In this document: positions 45,968-56,333 of the stretch, one piece after another | Layout of the letters: each line of letters opens with the position of its first letter | How positions within the stretch are numbered: the first letter of the stretch is position 1 | From: a virus | Length of the DNA stretch: 64,000 nucleotides | Reading direction: 5' to 3' (one strand) | Virus record (IMG/VR): IMGVR_UViG_3300027973_000056 | Coordinates: 2,621-66,620 of that record | Position numbers and translations under genes: made by a program | The notes under the pieces: generated by a model | What the model was told of the DNA's origin: nothing | What the model saw: the letters and a program-made list of their open reading frames with translations, nothing else | Databases searched by the model: none

Positions 45968-47257
45968 TTACAGCATTAATCTTGAACCAATCAAGAAGTT
46001 ATTAAGAATCGGTGTCTCTTTTTGAGTAGACGCCGAAACTTTATAGTTTAGGCTTAAACCAAATCGTTTACTGATTTTATAATCAAACGACGAACCAACT
46101 AAAAATCCAAATTGTCTATTAACTGTCGTTTCACCAGTTTTTGAATTCCAACTTAGTGGTGAATTCATAACAAATACTTGTGGAGATAAAACTATTTTTG
46201 GACTAACAGGGAATGGTTTAGTCCAAAACCCAACCACAGATGTTGAAAATGAAACATTAAAAATATCTCTCATCTCTCCTGTCTTTACATTAACCAACTC
46301 TTTATCTTGTAATAATAAAGTAATTGCACCTATATTATATCCATATGTTCCGTATTTTGGATTTGGTATAATGTGGGTATATCCAACAAGATTCATATAA
46401 TTTCCGTCCAAATAAGCGGCAGTCATAGAATATGAATTAATAGATTCTAACTTACCATTTTTAAAATCCATTTTAGTATATCCACCACTTAACGCAAATT
46501 GTTTTAATGTACTCCAAATCATACCATTTGCACTCCAACTTTCATTACCCGCCATTGAAGCTTTACTAACACCAAATGACGCAATTACACTATACTTTAA
46601 ATCAGGCCCTTGTGTTGTAGTTAAGTCCGATGCAAATAACATTGGGTTTGCACTAATCGCTTTCTTTTTTTCTTCTTTCTTTTTCTCGTCAGATTTTTTT
46701 TCTTCTTTCTTTTCTTCACTTTTACTCTCAGACTTACTTTCTGATTTGCTTTCTGAAGTTTCTCCTTTTGAATCTCCAGACCCACCCTCCGATGAGGATG
46801 ATTCCCCAGAAGATGATGACGATTGGGAGGATGACGATGAAGATGAAGAGGAGGGTTGAGGTTGTGAGGATGCCGATGAGCTTGCGGCCGAACCAGCTGC
46901 GGAACTTGCTGCCGATGATGCGGCTGAAGAAGCTGCCGCACTTGCCGCTGCAGATACTGCCTGAGTCACTGTTGTTGCTACTGTTTGAGTTACTACTGTT
47001 GTTGATGGACATGGTGTTGCAAATATTGAATTAACCCATCTGTCTACTTCCCCACTTGCAAATTGAGAATATGTAAAAATTTTAGAGGTTCCTCTAATAA
47101 TAACTAATACTCCTGTTGTAGATTGAATCGGTATTGATACGACATAGGTCTTTAAATCACAAGGGTCCAGGTAGGTTTGAGTTACTACCTGTCCTTGCGA
47201 CCTGTGGGTGAGGAAAACCACAAATAAGATACTTAATAATATTTTTAGACCTTTCAA
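45968..47257 (-). CDS. secreted protein with Ser/Ala/Glu-Lys linker and C-terminal beta-barrel-like domain
   Basis: Signal peptide, low-complexity linker, amphipathic beta strands. Confidence 0.7.
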   Translation of the reverse strand: MKGLKILLSILFVVFLTHRSQGQVVTQTYLDPCDLKTYVVSIPIQSTTGVLVIIRGTSKIFTYSQFASGEVDRWVNSIFATPCPSTTVVTQTVATTVTQAVSAAASAAASSAASSAASSAAGSAASSSASSQPQPSSSSSSSSSQSSSSSGESSSSEGGSGDSKGETSESKSESKSESKSEEKKEEKKSDEKKKEEKKKAISANPMLFASDLTTTQGPDLKYSVIASFGVSKASMAGNESWSANGMIWSTLKQFALSGGYTKMDFKNGKLESINSYSMTAAYLDGNYMNLVGYTHIIPNPKYGTYGYNIGAITLLLQDKELVNVKTGEMRDIFNVSFSTSVVGFWTKPFPVSPKIVLSPQVFVMNSPLSWNSKTGETTVNRQFGFLVGSSFDYKISKRFGLSLNYKVSASTQKETPILNNFLIGSRLML

Positions 47258-47269
47258 TTATATTGTATC

Positions 47270-47986
47270 TTATTTGGTGTAAATTCCTTTTTTAATCATC
47301 CTATCTAAGATTCTAGCACAAGCAATATCAAGAGCTTTTTTAGTTGCAATTGATATTGTTGATTGATTGAATTTAACTGGGTCTACGGTTGCGTCTGATA
47401 ATAAAGTTAGTTCTCTTGTTGTCTTTGCTTCACCTAATCCTGATGCTCCAAATACAACTCCTGTTTCTGCATTTGTGAATCTTACTTGTAAACCAATACG
47501 GGTAACCATTAAATTTTTAACCCCATTTTGTAAATTAACGGTTTCATCTTCGGACACAGAATAATCGTAACACTCAATTGTTACAAAGTATTGTGCCAAG
47601 TTAATTTTACCTCTACCGTCTAATTTATTCTCAGAAATTCCTGCTTGTGATGCTTGGAATTGCTTAACCATTCTATTCTTAATTTCTGTTTTATCTTCTG
47701 TGAATTTAAAACGATTAAGATTTTCAAGGTATTCCATTGAAATATTTGCAACCCCTAACCCAACTCTTTTTTCTTTAAGTTCAGGATACATCTCATACAT
47801 TTCGTCTGAGATTCCCGCCTTTAATATTTGTATTGGTATTTGTGGTCCATCGTAATCCAAAAACCGACTAATATCTATTGCGGTCTCAAAAGATGCTTTA
47901 TATTGTTCTGTCTGAGTTTTACCTATAGTTTGGCCATAGGAAGCCATTGAGACTAAAAGTCCCGCCATTAATAATATCTTTTTCAT
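47270..47986 (-). CDS. CsgG/HfaB-like protein
   Basis: Signal peptide; L.NLNRF..TE, G.INLAQY.VT, GLQVRF.NAETG. Confidence 0.6.
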   Translation of the reverse strand: MKKILLMAGLLVSMASYGQTIGKTQTEQYKASFETAIDISRFLDYDGPQIPIQILKAGISDEMYEMYPELKEKRVGLGVANISMEYLENLNRFKFTEDKTEIKNRMVKQFQASQAGISENKLDGRGKINLAQYFVTIECYDYSVSEDETVNLQNGVKNLMVTRIGLQVRFTNAETGVVFGASGLGEAKTTRELTLLSDATVDPVKFNQSTISIATKKALDIACARILDRMIKKGIYTK

Positions 47987-47993
47987 ATGTTGA

Positions 47994-48203
47994 TTAATAT
48001 CTTTTAGGCCATCTCCAGTCTTTTTTTCTACTGTACAGACCTAATAATGTTCCTAACGTAAAGAACTGTATAATCCAAAGAGGTCCCATCCAATCTGTAG
48101 TTCTCATTTCGTTATCAAAATAGAACATAAATCCGATTAGATAGATGATTGATGAGCAAAACAAGATTACTTGTTCAAACTCTTGATAGAATTTTTTAAT
48201 CAT
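47994..48203 (-). CDS. small two-TM protein
   Basis: 69 aa, hydrophobic. Confidence 0.6.
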   Translation of the reverse strand: MIKKFYQEFEQVILFCSSIIYLIGFMFYFDNEMRTTDWMGPLWIIQFFTLGTLLGLYSRKKDWRWPKRY

Positions 48204-48433
48204 TATTTCTTACCCCCTTCATACCAAATATTATCAGGATTGTCCTTGAACGTTCCGTCTATTTTCCATTCTATCTCATTTACAATGTTTCTTATTCTTT
48301 CGTCTTGACTTGTGAATTGTAAATAAAGAAAAAATACTTGTGTTGATAATGCGAACGCAAGCCATACTCCGACAAATCCCAAGTATGATTTGAACATTAC
48401 ATCACCGATTTTTTGAAAGTTAATTTTTTTCAT
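48203..48433 (-). CDS. small membrane protein
   Basis: 76 aa, one TM. Confidence 0.6.
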   Translation of the reverse strand: MKKINFQKIGDVMFKSYLGFVGVWLAFALSTQVFFLYLQFTSQDERIRNIVNEIEWKIDGTFKDNPDNIWYEGGKK

Positions 48434-48457
48434 TTTTCCTCAATTTTTATTTTTATT

Positions 48458-48775
48458 TTACCATTTTGGAGCTTCTTCCTTGAATTCGTCTCCTTCTTTT
48501 TTCTTAGGTTTAGGTGCCACTGTTGCAGGTGCACTAGATTTTTCTTTAATGATTATTGTTTTTCCGCCACCCGCAGCTTGTTGTTGAGTTTGAGTGTTAT
48601 TGATGTTAATCACAGGTGCCGCTTGTTGTGTTGCAGGTTTTTCTTCCTCTCCACCAATTAGTTTAGTTGTAACCACACCACCAGCACCTAATACGATAGT
48701 TGTGACCAATCCAATGATTGTTTTTTTAAGACCTGACCATGTACCGTCATTATGGTCTTGTGTTTCCTCTGACAT
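48458..48775 (-). CDS. membrane-anchored protein
   Basis: TM segment followed by Q/N-rich tail. Confidence 0.7.
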   Translation of the reverse strand: MSEETQDHNDGTWSGLKKTIIGLVTTIVLGAGGVVTTKLIGGEEEKPATQQAAPVININNTQTQQQAAGGGKTIIIKEKSSAPATVAPKPKKKEGDEFKEEAPKW

Positions 48776-48798
48776 AAAATTTGTTTTTTATTTTTAGT

Positions 48799-49155
48799 TT
48801 ATTTTATTATAATTGGGTACTTCACCTCTTTACCATTAATGTCGATAAAGATAAAATCGTAGTCCTTTTTAGGTAATCCTGACAAGTCATAAGTTTTTTG
48901 AGTTGTCAATTCATTAGCAGTGAACCCGTCTTTTTTAACTGGTTCTTCACTTCCAAAAGGAACGATTTGTACCGAATATTTTGAACCAACAGTTGTTTCA
49001 AAAACTGCCGTTACAATGTTATTAGTTTGATTTATTGATTTAATTGCCGTTGACGTTGACTTAACTCCTAAGTCAATTGTTACAGGTTCAGGTAATTCTA
49101 TTTTTGTACAACCCGCCAATACGATTAAGACTAATGCGATAATTGTTTTTTTCAT
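48799..49155 (-). CDS. lipoprotein (Ig-like)
   Basis: LAGC lipobox. Confidence 0.7.
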   Translation of the reverse strand: MKKTIIALVLIVLAGCTKIELPEPVTIDLGVKSTSTAIKSINQTNNIVTAVFETTVGSKYSVQIVPFGSEEPVKKDGFTANELTTQKTYDLSGLPKKDYDFIFIDINGKEVKYPIIIK

Positions 49156-49156
49156 T

Positions 49157-51268
49157 TTAAAAATTTTTATATCCTGTTAATTTTATTTGTGTGGTATTCA
49201 AGTTAATGCCTAATTGAGTTCCATTGGAACTACTAGCGTCCATTGTTGGAGAAACTTTAACAGATGTTAAAATATCAACACCACTTCCTATTGTTGAAAA
49301 CTTTAATTTGAATGGTGTTAAATTTCCCTTAATTGAAATTTTATTATTTTGGTCAATTGCTCCGAATTTAACTTTACCTTCTTTTGAATTAACAAAAATG
49401 TACCAAGAATTTGGAACCTCTGATTTTAGTTCTTCAAATTTGATTTTTGAATTGTCATAATTAAATTCAAATTGTAATCCTCCCACACTATTTCCATTTG
49501 TATTAAGTGTTATAGGTATTTCAACGTTATTTGACGTTACAGTTACATTAGATAGATTAATATCGATAGATGAAATTTCATTTGGTGTATTAATAAATGA
49601 TGTTGATTGTGTTGCCATAGTTCTAAATGCGGTATTAGTCATTAAACTATTTACAGCATTTGTTTGAATAGTACTTGTACCATTTATACTAGTTACAACT
49701 TGTGAAGAATGTGAACGATTTACATCTCCCCATAAAAGGTATTTTAAATCAACAATTTCATTTGTTCCTAATACACCTGTTTTAACATATGTTCTAGGAT
49801 ATGTAATATCTTTCCAATTTGCGGATGTTACTGAACCCCATGAATTAGAAGGATTTGTATTAAATGTAAATTCAGCTTTAATACCATAATCGTTATTACC
49901 TGAACTTCTTATGTAAGGGGTAAATGTTGAAGTTGACACTGTTGTAAAGCTTGATGGTACTTTGTAGAAAGCCCAGTTAGCATCTTTACTAACAAATTCA
50001 ACAGGTCCTGAATACAAGTCAAATAATTGTAAACTTTTAATATCTTCAGGTAATATATTTAACCCGTTAAATTCTCTCAAATCAATATATACTCTTGACT
50101 GACCTGAACCATATCCGTCAACATTAACAACACACCATTCAACTTGACCTGCGACACTTGTTGCGTCTGTTGTTCTCCAAGTAGGTAAACTCATATAACC
50201 ATTACTGCCCATAACATATCCTGTTGGTACAGTTACAAGTGTGTCTAATCCAACAACCTGAGCCAATAATCTTGGTAGGTCTCCTCCATCTATGATTTTA
50301 TTTCTGTTTATGTCGGCCGCGTATAAAGATTGACCCGTTTTTAAAATTTGACCGTTACTACCATCTAATCCCATTGATGTAAATTCACCTTGTGCTGTAG
50401 TAAAATCTGATATTGTGATTGCTCCGTTATATATCGCATTTGTTTTATCTATGTTGTGCATTACAGTCACTTCATAAATTTTATTTTCAGATAATAATGA
50501 TTGATTAATATCTACATTACCATTAGATAAAACATTGAATAATTGTCCAGTATTACTAACAGTATCTCTAAAAGAAACTTTAACATCTGATATTGCAAGT
50601 AAATTAGAACTAATATCAACTTTAGCGGTTAAAAGTTTGCCTGTATTTTGGTTCATTATAACCTCAGTTGATAATGGGGTGTCCATAAATGTTGCAACTC
50701 CGATACCTTGAGCGTTCCATCCAGCAACAAAGTTTAATTTAACAGGATTAAACGAATTTGATGTTGACGCAGCCTTTAATCTAAACCTTACAATTAACAT
50801 TCTATCATAAGATGTGTATGGCATTGATGAAGTTGTTGCCCAAGTTATTGTAGCCCTAAGAATTGCATTAGACCCAGTAGGGTTATATACGTAAGTTGCG
50901 TTAGCCGTATATCTTTGAGTGCCGTTTGTGTAAGTACTATTTCCCCCATAAGAATAATTCGGGTAATTCTGCCATGATAGTTGTATATTAGAACCTGATG
51001 GAAGTATTCCTCCGTTTCCACCTGTACCTGTATGGTTAATTGAAACTACCTCAAAGTTTGTTTGGTCATATTGGAAATCAAACATTAACTGCCTTGTAAC
51101 CGCATCACTATTACCATTTGCATGGACTATAACATCAAATTGGTCTCCTCTATCAATAACTCCACCGTTAATATCGGTAAGAACTCTTGTGTCAGGGAAC
51201 TTAAATTTAATTTGACTAAATGATGTTAAGGACAATAGTAAAAGTCCTATTGTTAAAAGTTTTTTCAT
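49157..51268 (-). CDS. secreted protein with cohesin-like domains and a dockerin/EF-hand-like motif
   Basis: Signal peptide; VEIPITL...GGLQFEFNYD and FDFQYD cohesin-like strands; AADINRNKIIDGGD. Confidence 0.65.
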   Translation of the reverse strand: MKKLLTIGLLLLSLTSFSQIKFKFPDTRVLTDINGGVIDRGDQFDVIVHANGNSDAVTRQLMFDFQYDQTNFEVVSINHTGTGGNGGILPSGSNIQLSWQNYPNYSYGGNSTYTNGTQRYTANATYVYNPTGSNAILRATITWATTSSMPYTSYDRMLIVRFRLKAASTSNSFNPVKLNFVAGWNAQGIGVATFMDTPLSTEVIMNQNTGKLLTAKVDISSNLLAISDVKVSFRDTVSNTGQLFNVLSNGNVDINQSLLSENKIYEVTVMHNIDKTNAIYNGAITISDFTTAQGEFTSMGLDGSNGQILKTGQSLYAADINRNKIIDGGDLPRLLAQVVGLDTLVTVPTGYVMGSNGYMSLPTWRTTDATSVAGQVEWCVVNVDGYGSGQSRVYIDLREFNGLNILPEDIKSLQLFDLYSGPVEFVSKDANWAFYKVPSSFTTVSTSTFTPYIRSSGNNDYGIKAEFTFNTNPSNSWGSVTSANWKDITYPRTYVKTGVLGTNEIVDLKYLLWGDVNRSHSSQVVTSINGTSTIQTNAVNSLMTNTAFRTMATQSTSFINTPNEISSIDINLSNVTVTSNNVEIPITLNTNGNSVGGLQFEFNYDNSKIKFEELKSEVPNSWYIFVNSKEGKVKFGAIDQNNKISIKGNLTPFKLKFSTIGSGVDILTSVKVSPTMDASSSNGTQLGINLNTTQIKLTGYKNF

Positions 51269-51269
51269 T

Positions 51270-51761
51270 TTATTTTATTTCAAATAATTTATTTACCAAT
51301 TTGTTACTAGATTTTTTTAACGCATTACTTAATGATTGCTGGTTAAAATTACCACCATTATCAATCGCCAATGTTGACATTGATATTTCTGAAGATTCCT
51401 CTTCAACAATAACTTCTTTGATTTTTTTACCGTCGTGTTTTAAAATTCCTTTAAGTCGGATTACAACGGATTCTGCGTCCTTGTGAAAAACAGAAAGATT
51501 TGATTTGGTTTTTAATACATCTAAATAAATGATGTCAATTGTAACTTTATCCTTTGATTCTGGATTAAGTTCAAAATCTTTCTCTTGTAAAAATTCTTCT
51601 ACTACGTTTTTTACACCAAACTCAAGGTTACGGTTACCCGCAAGGTTTCCTATTTGAATCTTGTTAGAAACAGATTCAACCCATATTTCTTTTGTTTGGT
51701 CTAAATTGTTTGATGATAGAGTGAGCATTCCGCACACTACTAGTAGTAGAAGTTTGTTCAT
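51270..51761 (-). CDS. secreted alpha/beta protein (CsgG/LptE-like fold possible)
   Basis: Signal peptide; first gene of the operon; TATTTAT upstream. Confidence 0.6.
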   Translation of the reverse strand: MNKLLLLVVCGMLTLSSNNLDQTKEIWVESVSNKIQIGNLAGNRNLEFGVKNVVEEFLQEKDFELNPESKDKVTIDIIYLDVLKTKSNLSVFHKDAESVVIRLKGILKHDGKKIKEVIVEEESSEISMSTLAIDNGGNFNQQSLSNALKKSSNKLVNKLFEIK

Positions 51762-51828
51762 TTTAATTAGTATCTTGGTATCTATAAATACTAACTAACT
51801 GCCTATTTATTACTAAAGATTTAAAATT

Positions 51829-52932
51829 ATGTCGGTCCTTAATGAAGAATTAGATAAAATATTGTCGGTAATGAAAATAGTTTCAGAGCAGGAAGATTCA
51901 AATGAACAAATGAATGTTAATTTGAAAAAAACTGTGGAAGTATTAAAATATCTTAGATTATATTCTAAAAATATTGAAAAAATGTTGGTGGAAATCAGCG
52001 TCATGGGTACATCTCAAATTATAGATTTTCATTTATTAGAAAGAGGTCTTAAAACAGTATTACTTAAAAAAGGAGATAAAAAGAAAAACGTTGAAGAATA
52101 TTTTAATAAAATTATTTCATCATTAAAATTAAGAGATAAATCAGGATATGGTCCTGATTCAGATGATGATTATGGATTTGAAGTTGAGGAACCTTCTATT
52201 GTACCTAAAAAGGTATATAGAAAAGAAATATTTGAATTACAAGTAGAGCTATTAAAAATGCAAGAATGGTTGAAAGAATCAAATAGAACCGTAATTATCG
52301 TGTTTGAAGGTAGAGATTCTGCGGGTAAAGGAAGTACAATTAAAAAATTTACAGAAAATCTTAATCCAAGATATTATAATATTATCGCATTAGGAGTCCC
52401 AACTCCTGAAGATAGACAAGATTGGTGGAACAGATATAAAAAAGAAATTAAACCAGGAATGATTAATCTATTTGACAGAAGTTGGTATAATAGAGGTTTA
52501 GTTGAGCCAGTAATGGGGTATGGTAGTCCTGAAGAATATGAAGATTTTATGAAGAATGTAGAAGGATTTGAAATGGATTTGGTTAAAGAAGGAGATTACC
52601 TTTTTAAATTATGGTTTTCAATTGACAAAGGAACACAAAAAAGAAGATTTGATATTAGACAACAATCTCCATTAAAATATTGGAAATATTCGCCAAACGA
52701 TTCTAAAATGCAAGATTTATGGGATAGATTTACAGAATTTAAAGAAAAACTATTCGATAAAACTTCTACAATTAATCACCCATGGGTTATTGTTGACGCT
52801 GAAGACAAAAGAGTTTCAGGTTTAAACGCAATTAGATATATTCTACAAAATTTACCTTATAAAGGTAAAGACGAGAAGGTTTTAGACAAATCTTACCCTG
52901 AAGCATTAGCAGTTTTAAGACCAAAATCATAA
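51829..52932 (+). CDS. ppk2: polyphosphate kinase 2 with ~120-aa N-terminal extension
   Basis: LQVELLK.Q, FEGRDSAGKG, FDRSWYNR..VEPVMG, KLWFSI. Confidence 0.92.
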   Translation: MSVLNEELDKILSVMKIVSEQEDSNEQMNVNLKKTVEVLKYLRLYSKNIEKMLVEISVMGTSQIIDFHLLERGLKTVLLKKGDKKKNVEEYFNKIISSLKLRDKSGYGPDSDDDYGFEVEEPSIVPKKVYRKEIFELQVELLKMQEWLKESNRTVIIVFEGRDSAGKGSTIKKFTENLNPRYYNIIALGVPTPEDRQDWWNRYKKEIKPGMINLFDRSWYNRGLVEPVMGYGSPEEYEDFMKNVEGFEMDLVKEGDYLFKLWFSIDKGTQKRRFDIRQQSPLKYWKYSPNDSKMQDLWDRFTEFKEKLFDKTSTINHPWVIVDAEDKRVSGLNAIRYILQNLPYKGKDEKVLDKSYPEALAVLRPKS

Positions 52933-52987
52933 TAAATTAAGCAATCTTTTAATTAAAAAGTATTTATAGTAATAAACTTAAATTACT

Positions 52988-53824
52988 ATGATACTAAAAA
53001 TTGGCTCTTCAGGAGAAGACGTAAAAAAACTCCAATCAAAATTAGGTTTGAACGCTGATGGCGTATTTGGACCAGGAACTGAAACTGCCGTTAAAAAATG
53101 GCAAATAGATAATGATTTAGCCGCTGACGGAATTGTTGGTGAAGGAACTTGGGGTAAAATGTTCCCACAACAATTAATTACCGAACCAGCTCCTGTTAAA
53201 TCATCAACTCCATCAGGTAGTGGATTTAAATTAGAGAATCTAAAAGGTCACATACCTGATTCAGTAATTGCTCAAATTCCTGATACCGCTAAAAAGTTTA
53301 ACATAACAACACCATTAAGATTAGCACACTTTTTAGCTCAGTGTGGACACGAATCAGGTGGTTTTAAAGCAGTACAGGAAAATTTAAACTATTCTGCAAC
53401 TGGTCTTAAAGGTACTTTTTCAAAATACTTTAAAGAGGCTGGTTTGGCGGAATCATATCAAAGAAATCCACAAAAAATTGCAAGTCGAGTTTATGGTGGA
53501 AGAATGGGTAATGGTCCTGAGTCTACTGGAGATGGATATAAATTCCGTGGAAGAGGTTACATTCAATTAACAGGAAAAGACAATTATACAAACTTTGCCA
53601 AATTTATCGGTGAAGACACAATTGCTAATCCTGATTTAGTTGCAACAAAATATCCATTAGCATCAGCAGCGTTTTTTTTCGATTCAAATAAACTTTGGTC
53701 TATTTGTGATAAAGGGGCTGATGTCGCAACAGTAACTGCTGTAACTAAAAGAGTTAATGGTGGAACTATAGGCTTACCTGATAGAATTAAGCACTTCCAA
53801 GAATATTATCATTTACTATCATAA
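52988..53824 (+). CDS. endolysin: PG-binding domain plus GH19 domain
   Basis: DGVFGPGTE.AVK.WQ; FLAQCGHESG, ENLNYS, RGRGYIQLTG, VNGG..GL.DR. Confidence 0.9.
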   Translation: MILKIGSSGEDVKKLQSKLGLNADGVFGPGTETAVKKWQIDNDLAADGIVGEGTWGKMFPQQLITEPAPVKSSTPSGSGFKLENLKGHIPDSVIAQIPDTAKKFNITTPLRLAHFLAQCGHESGGFKAVQENLNYSATGLKGTFSKYFKEAGLAESYQRNPQKIASRVYGGRMGNGPESTGDGYKFRGRGYIQLTGKDNYTNFAKFIGEDTIANPDLVATKYPLASAAFFFDSNKLWSICDKGADVATVTAVTKRVNGGTIGLPDRIKHFQEYYHLLS

Positions 53825-53867
53825 TTTTGTAATTAATAGAATTAATACTATTTTTGAAAAAGAAATT

Positions 53868-54098
53868 ATGTTAATAAAAGCGAGTATTGCAAAAGCAATT
53901 TATGATTTTGAGTGGGTTTTAAGAGTATTAGAATCTTCAAGAGACGAAAGTCATATGGACTGTACATTGAAGTGCTTTTATTTGTGGGAAAAAAAATATT
54001 CTAGTTCAAAAGAAAAAAAATTAATCATAAAATTAAAAAGTAATTTTTGGGTTTTATTTAAAAATAAAAACATACATGTCAGACCATATATCATATAA
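53868..54098 (+). CDS. hypothetical protein
   Basis: 76-aa ORF. Confidence 0.55.
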   Translation: MLIKASIAKAIYDFEWVLRVLESSRDESHMDCTLKCFYLWEKKYSSSKEKKLIIKLKSNFWVLFKNKNIHVRPYII

Positions 54099-54495
54099 TA
54101 GTGAATTTTTACCAAGTATAACCATCTTTGTTGTTTTTTCAGACGACCCACAGTACGAACAACTTAAACCATTATTTGAAGAATATGGGTATGGGTTTAT
54201 GGTTCCAAATAAAAATATAATTTTAATTGATGGGGAAATTCTTTTGGAAAATGGGAATACTGAGGATTTGTTAAAATTCATAGAAGCTCATGAAATTGCA
54301 CATGTTATTTTAAATCATGATGGCCCAAGAGATGAAGATGAAGAATTAGATGCTGATTTAGGTGCGTATTTATTACTATCCCGAAATAATAACATAAGAG
54401 CAATAAAACCTTTATTAAAACATTTTAAAGAACGTCATGGTATTAAATTTGATGAAAAATTATTAGATAGAGTAAAAAAACACTTTCCAGACTAG
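54076..54495 (+). CDS. HExxH metallopeptidase-like protein
   Basis: AHEIAH...E..AD. Confidence 0.7.
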   Translation: MSDHISYNSEFLPSITIFVVFSDDPQYEQLKPLFEEYGYGFMVPNKNIILIDGEILLENGNTEDLLKFIEAHEIAHVILNHDGPRDEDEELDADLGAYLLLSRNNNIRAIKPLLKHFKERHGIKFDEKLLDRVKKHFPD

Positions 54496-54646
54496 CTCAA
54501 ACTTGACTTTTTTAAACTAATATCATATTTATTTGTACACATCGCTCCACAAGGAGTGTTCTCATATATCCCTTTTCCAAAAGACCCGCGAAATTTATTT
54601 TGTCGGGTCTTATTTTTTTATTATATTTGTAGAAATATTTAGAAAA

Positions 54647-55282
54647 ATGGAACCAGAGAAAGACATATTTGACGAGTGGGATGAGGACAGACTTAAATCC
54701 CCATGGATTGTAAGAAAATTAGAATTTATTCCATTATGGTGGAATCATGAAGGTAGGTATCTACATAGAAACGTTTGGACAGGGATAAAGAATATTTGGT
54801 ATTGGTTACCAATTATTTGGAAAGACAGAAATTGGGACTCTCACTACATCTTTGAGATTATGATGCATAAACTCAAAGCTCAATCAAAATATATTGGAGG
54901 TAGAGGTATTCATTTACGTGCTGAAAGAGATGCTGAAGTTATGATGACATGTGTCAAATTGATGAAATTTATTCAAGATGACTTTTATAGCTCAGAGTAC
55001 TCAGATTATCATAAAACAAAACATTGGTTTGAAGATGTACCAGGAAAAGAAGGTTATAGCTCTTGGGAGTCTAGACTTTTAGAAGAAAACTTTGACGATT
55101 ATTTTAAGAAATACCCTCTAATTTACAAGAAAGTCCTAAATGGAGAAGGTATGTTTAAAAGAAAAGGTCGTGAAGATGATAAACAGGTTATTGCGATGAA
55201 TATTGCTCATATTAATCATGACAGAGCAAGAAAGTTACTATTCAAGTTAATGGAAGAAAATATTGAACGTTGGTGGGATTAA
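54647..55282 (+). CDS. hypothetical phage protein
   Basis: ATG 54647; W.DR.WD and C-terminal WWD; TATATTTG promoter. Confidence 0.75.
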   Translation: MEPEKDIFDEWDEDRLKSPWIVRKLEFIPLWWNHEGRYLHRNVWTGIKNIWYWLPIIWKDRNWDSHYIFEIMMHKLKAQSKYIGGRGIHLRAERDAEVMMTCVKLMKFIQDDFYSSEYSDYHKTKHWFEDVPGKEGYSSWESRLLEENFDDYFKKYPLIYKKVLNGEGMFKRKGREDDKQVIAMNIAHINHDRARKLLFKLMEENIERWWD

Positions 55283-55297
55283 TAAAATTTAAAAATT

Positions 55298-55453
55298 ATG
55301 TGGAAAGTTTATCTATTAATGGTTATTGTAGTCGGAATTATTTCGTATCTTTGGGTTCGAGGAATTGACTACATGAAAGAAAATCATCCTGACTATAAGG
55401 GGGATGACTTATTTGGAAAATTTGAAGAAGACGATAAAGACAATATATTATGA
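55298..55453 (+). CDS. 51-aa membrane peptide
   Basis: MWKVYLLMVIVVGIISYLWVRGIDYMKENHPDYKG... Confidence 0.6.
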   Translation: MWKVYLLMVIVVGIISYLWVRGIDYMKENHPDYKGDDLFGKFEEDDKDNIL

Positions 55454-56124
55454 AAATAACATTCATCAGCGACACGCACAACAAACACAACCACCTTACA
55501 AGTAAGGGGATGGGAAATATATTGGGTAGTGGAGACGTTTTAGTTCACGCTGGTGATTGTACCAGTATGGGTAAGAGTCATGAAATTACAAAATTCTTGA
55601 ATTGGTTTGGTATGACCGATTTTAAACATAAAATCTTTATTGCTGGTAACCACGATTTTGGTTTTGAGATGCATACTGACATTGCTGAAGAATTCAAAGA
55701 AAAAGGTATCATCTATCTTTTTGATAGTGAAGTTGTAATTGATGGTGTGAAGTTCTACGGTAGTCCTTGGCAACCTGAATTCTACGATTGGGCATTCAAC
55801 CTACCAAGAGGAGAAAAACTTGCTGAGAAGTGGGCTAAAATCCCTGGTAATACCGATATCTTAATCACTCACGGTCCTGCTCACGGAATGTTAGATTGGA
55901 CTATGTCAGGACAAAGAGTTGGTTGTGAAGATTTGTTTCACAGAATTATGGAAGTTCAACCAAAAATTCATGTTTGTGGACATATCCATTGTGCTTACGG
56001 TCAAAAAACCTTTAATGGTGTTGAATTCTTAAATGCATCTGTTCTTGATGAAAGATATGATTATGCAAACAAACCAATTGTTATAGATTTTGATATTGAA
56101 ACAAAAGAAATTAATTATCCATGA
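55450..56124 (+). CDS. metallophosphoesterase
   Basis: SDTH, HAGD, GNHD, THGP, GHIH. Confidence 0.9.
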   Translation: MKITFISDTHNKHNHLTSKGMGNILGSGDVLVHAGDCTSMGKSHEITKFLNWFGMTDFKHKIFIAGNHDFGFEMHTDIAEEFKEKGIIYLFDSEVVIDGVKFYGSPWQPEFYDWAFNLPRGEKLAEKWAKIPGNTDILITHGPAHGMLDWTMSGQRVGCEDLFHRIMEVQPKIHVCGHIHCAYGQKTFNGVEFLNASVLDERYDYANKPIVIDFDIETKEINYP

Positions 56125-56333
56125 AAAATAAGATAAACGATGGCCATTATTTAGAATTAATGGATAGATTACATGTACAAACATGTATGATAGATGACCA
56201 CTTAGTAAGTCATCCATTAACAAAAAAAATAAAAAAGGCTAAAAAACTTATTGATAGTGCGGTAATGTCTTTAGCTGAAGCATATCAAATTGTAGGTAAT
56301 GAATCTTATAAAAAAATAAAGAAAAATGATTAA
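56121..56333 (+). CDS. hypothetical protein
   Basis: 70-aa ORF. Confidence 0.65.
   Translation: MKNKINDGHYLELMDRLHVQTCMIDDHLVSHPLTKKIKKAKKLIDSAVMSLAEAYQIVGNESYKKIKKND

Noticed and set aside
46621-47034. Overlapping alternative ORFs in the Ser/Ala-rich region
   Set aside because: Artefacts of low-complexity coding sequence in 45968-47257.
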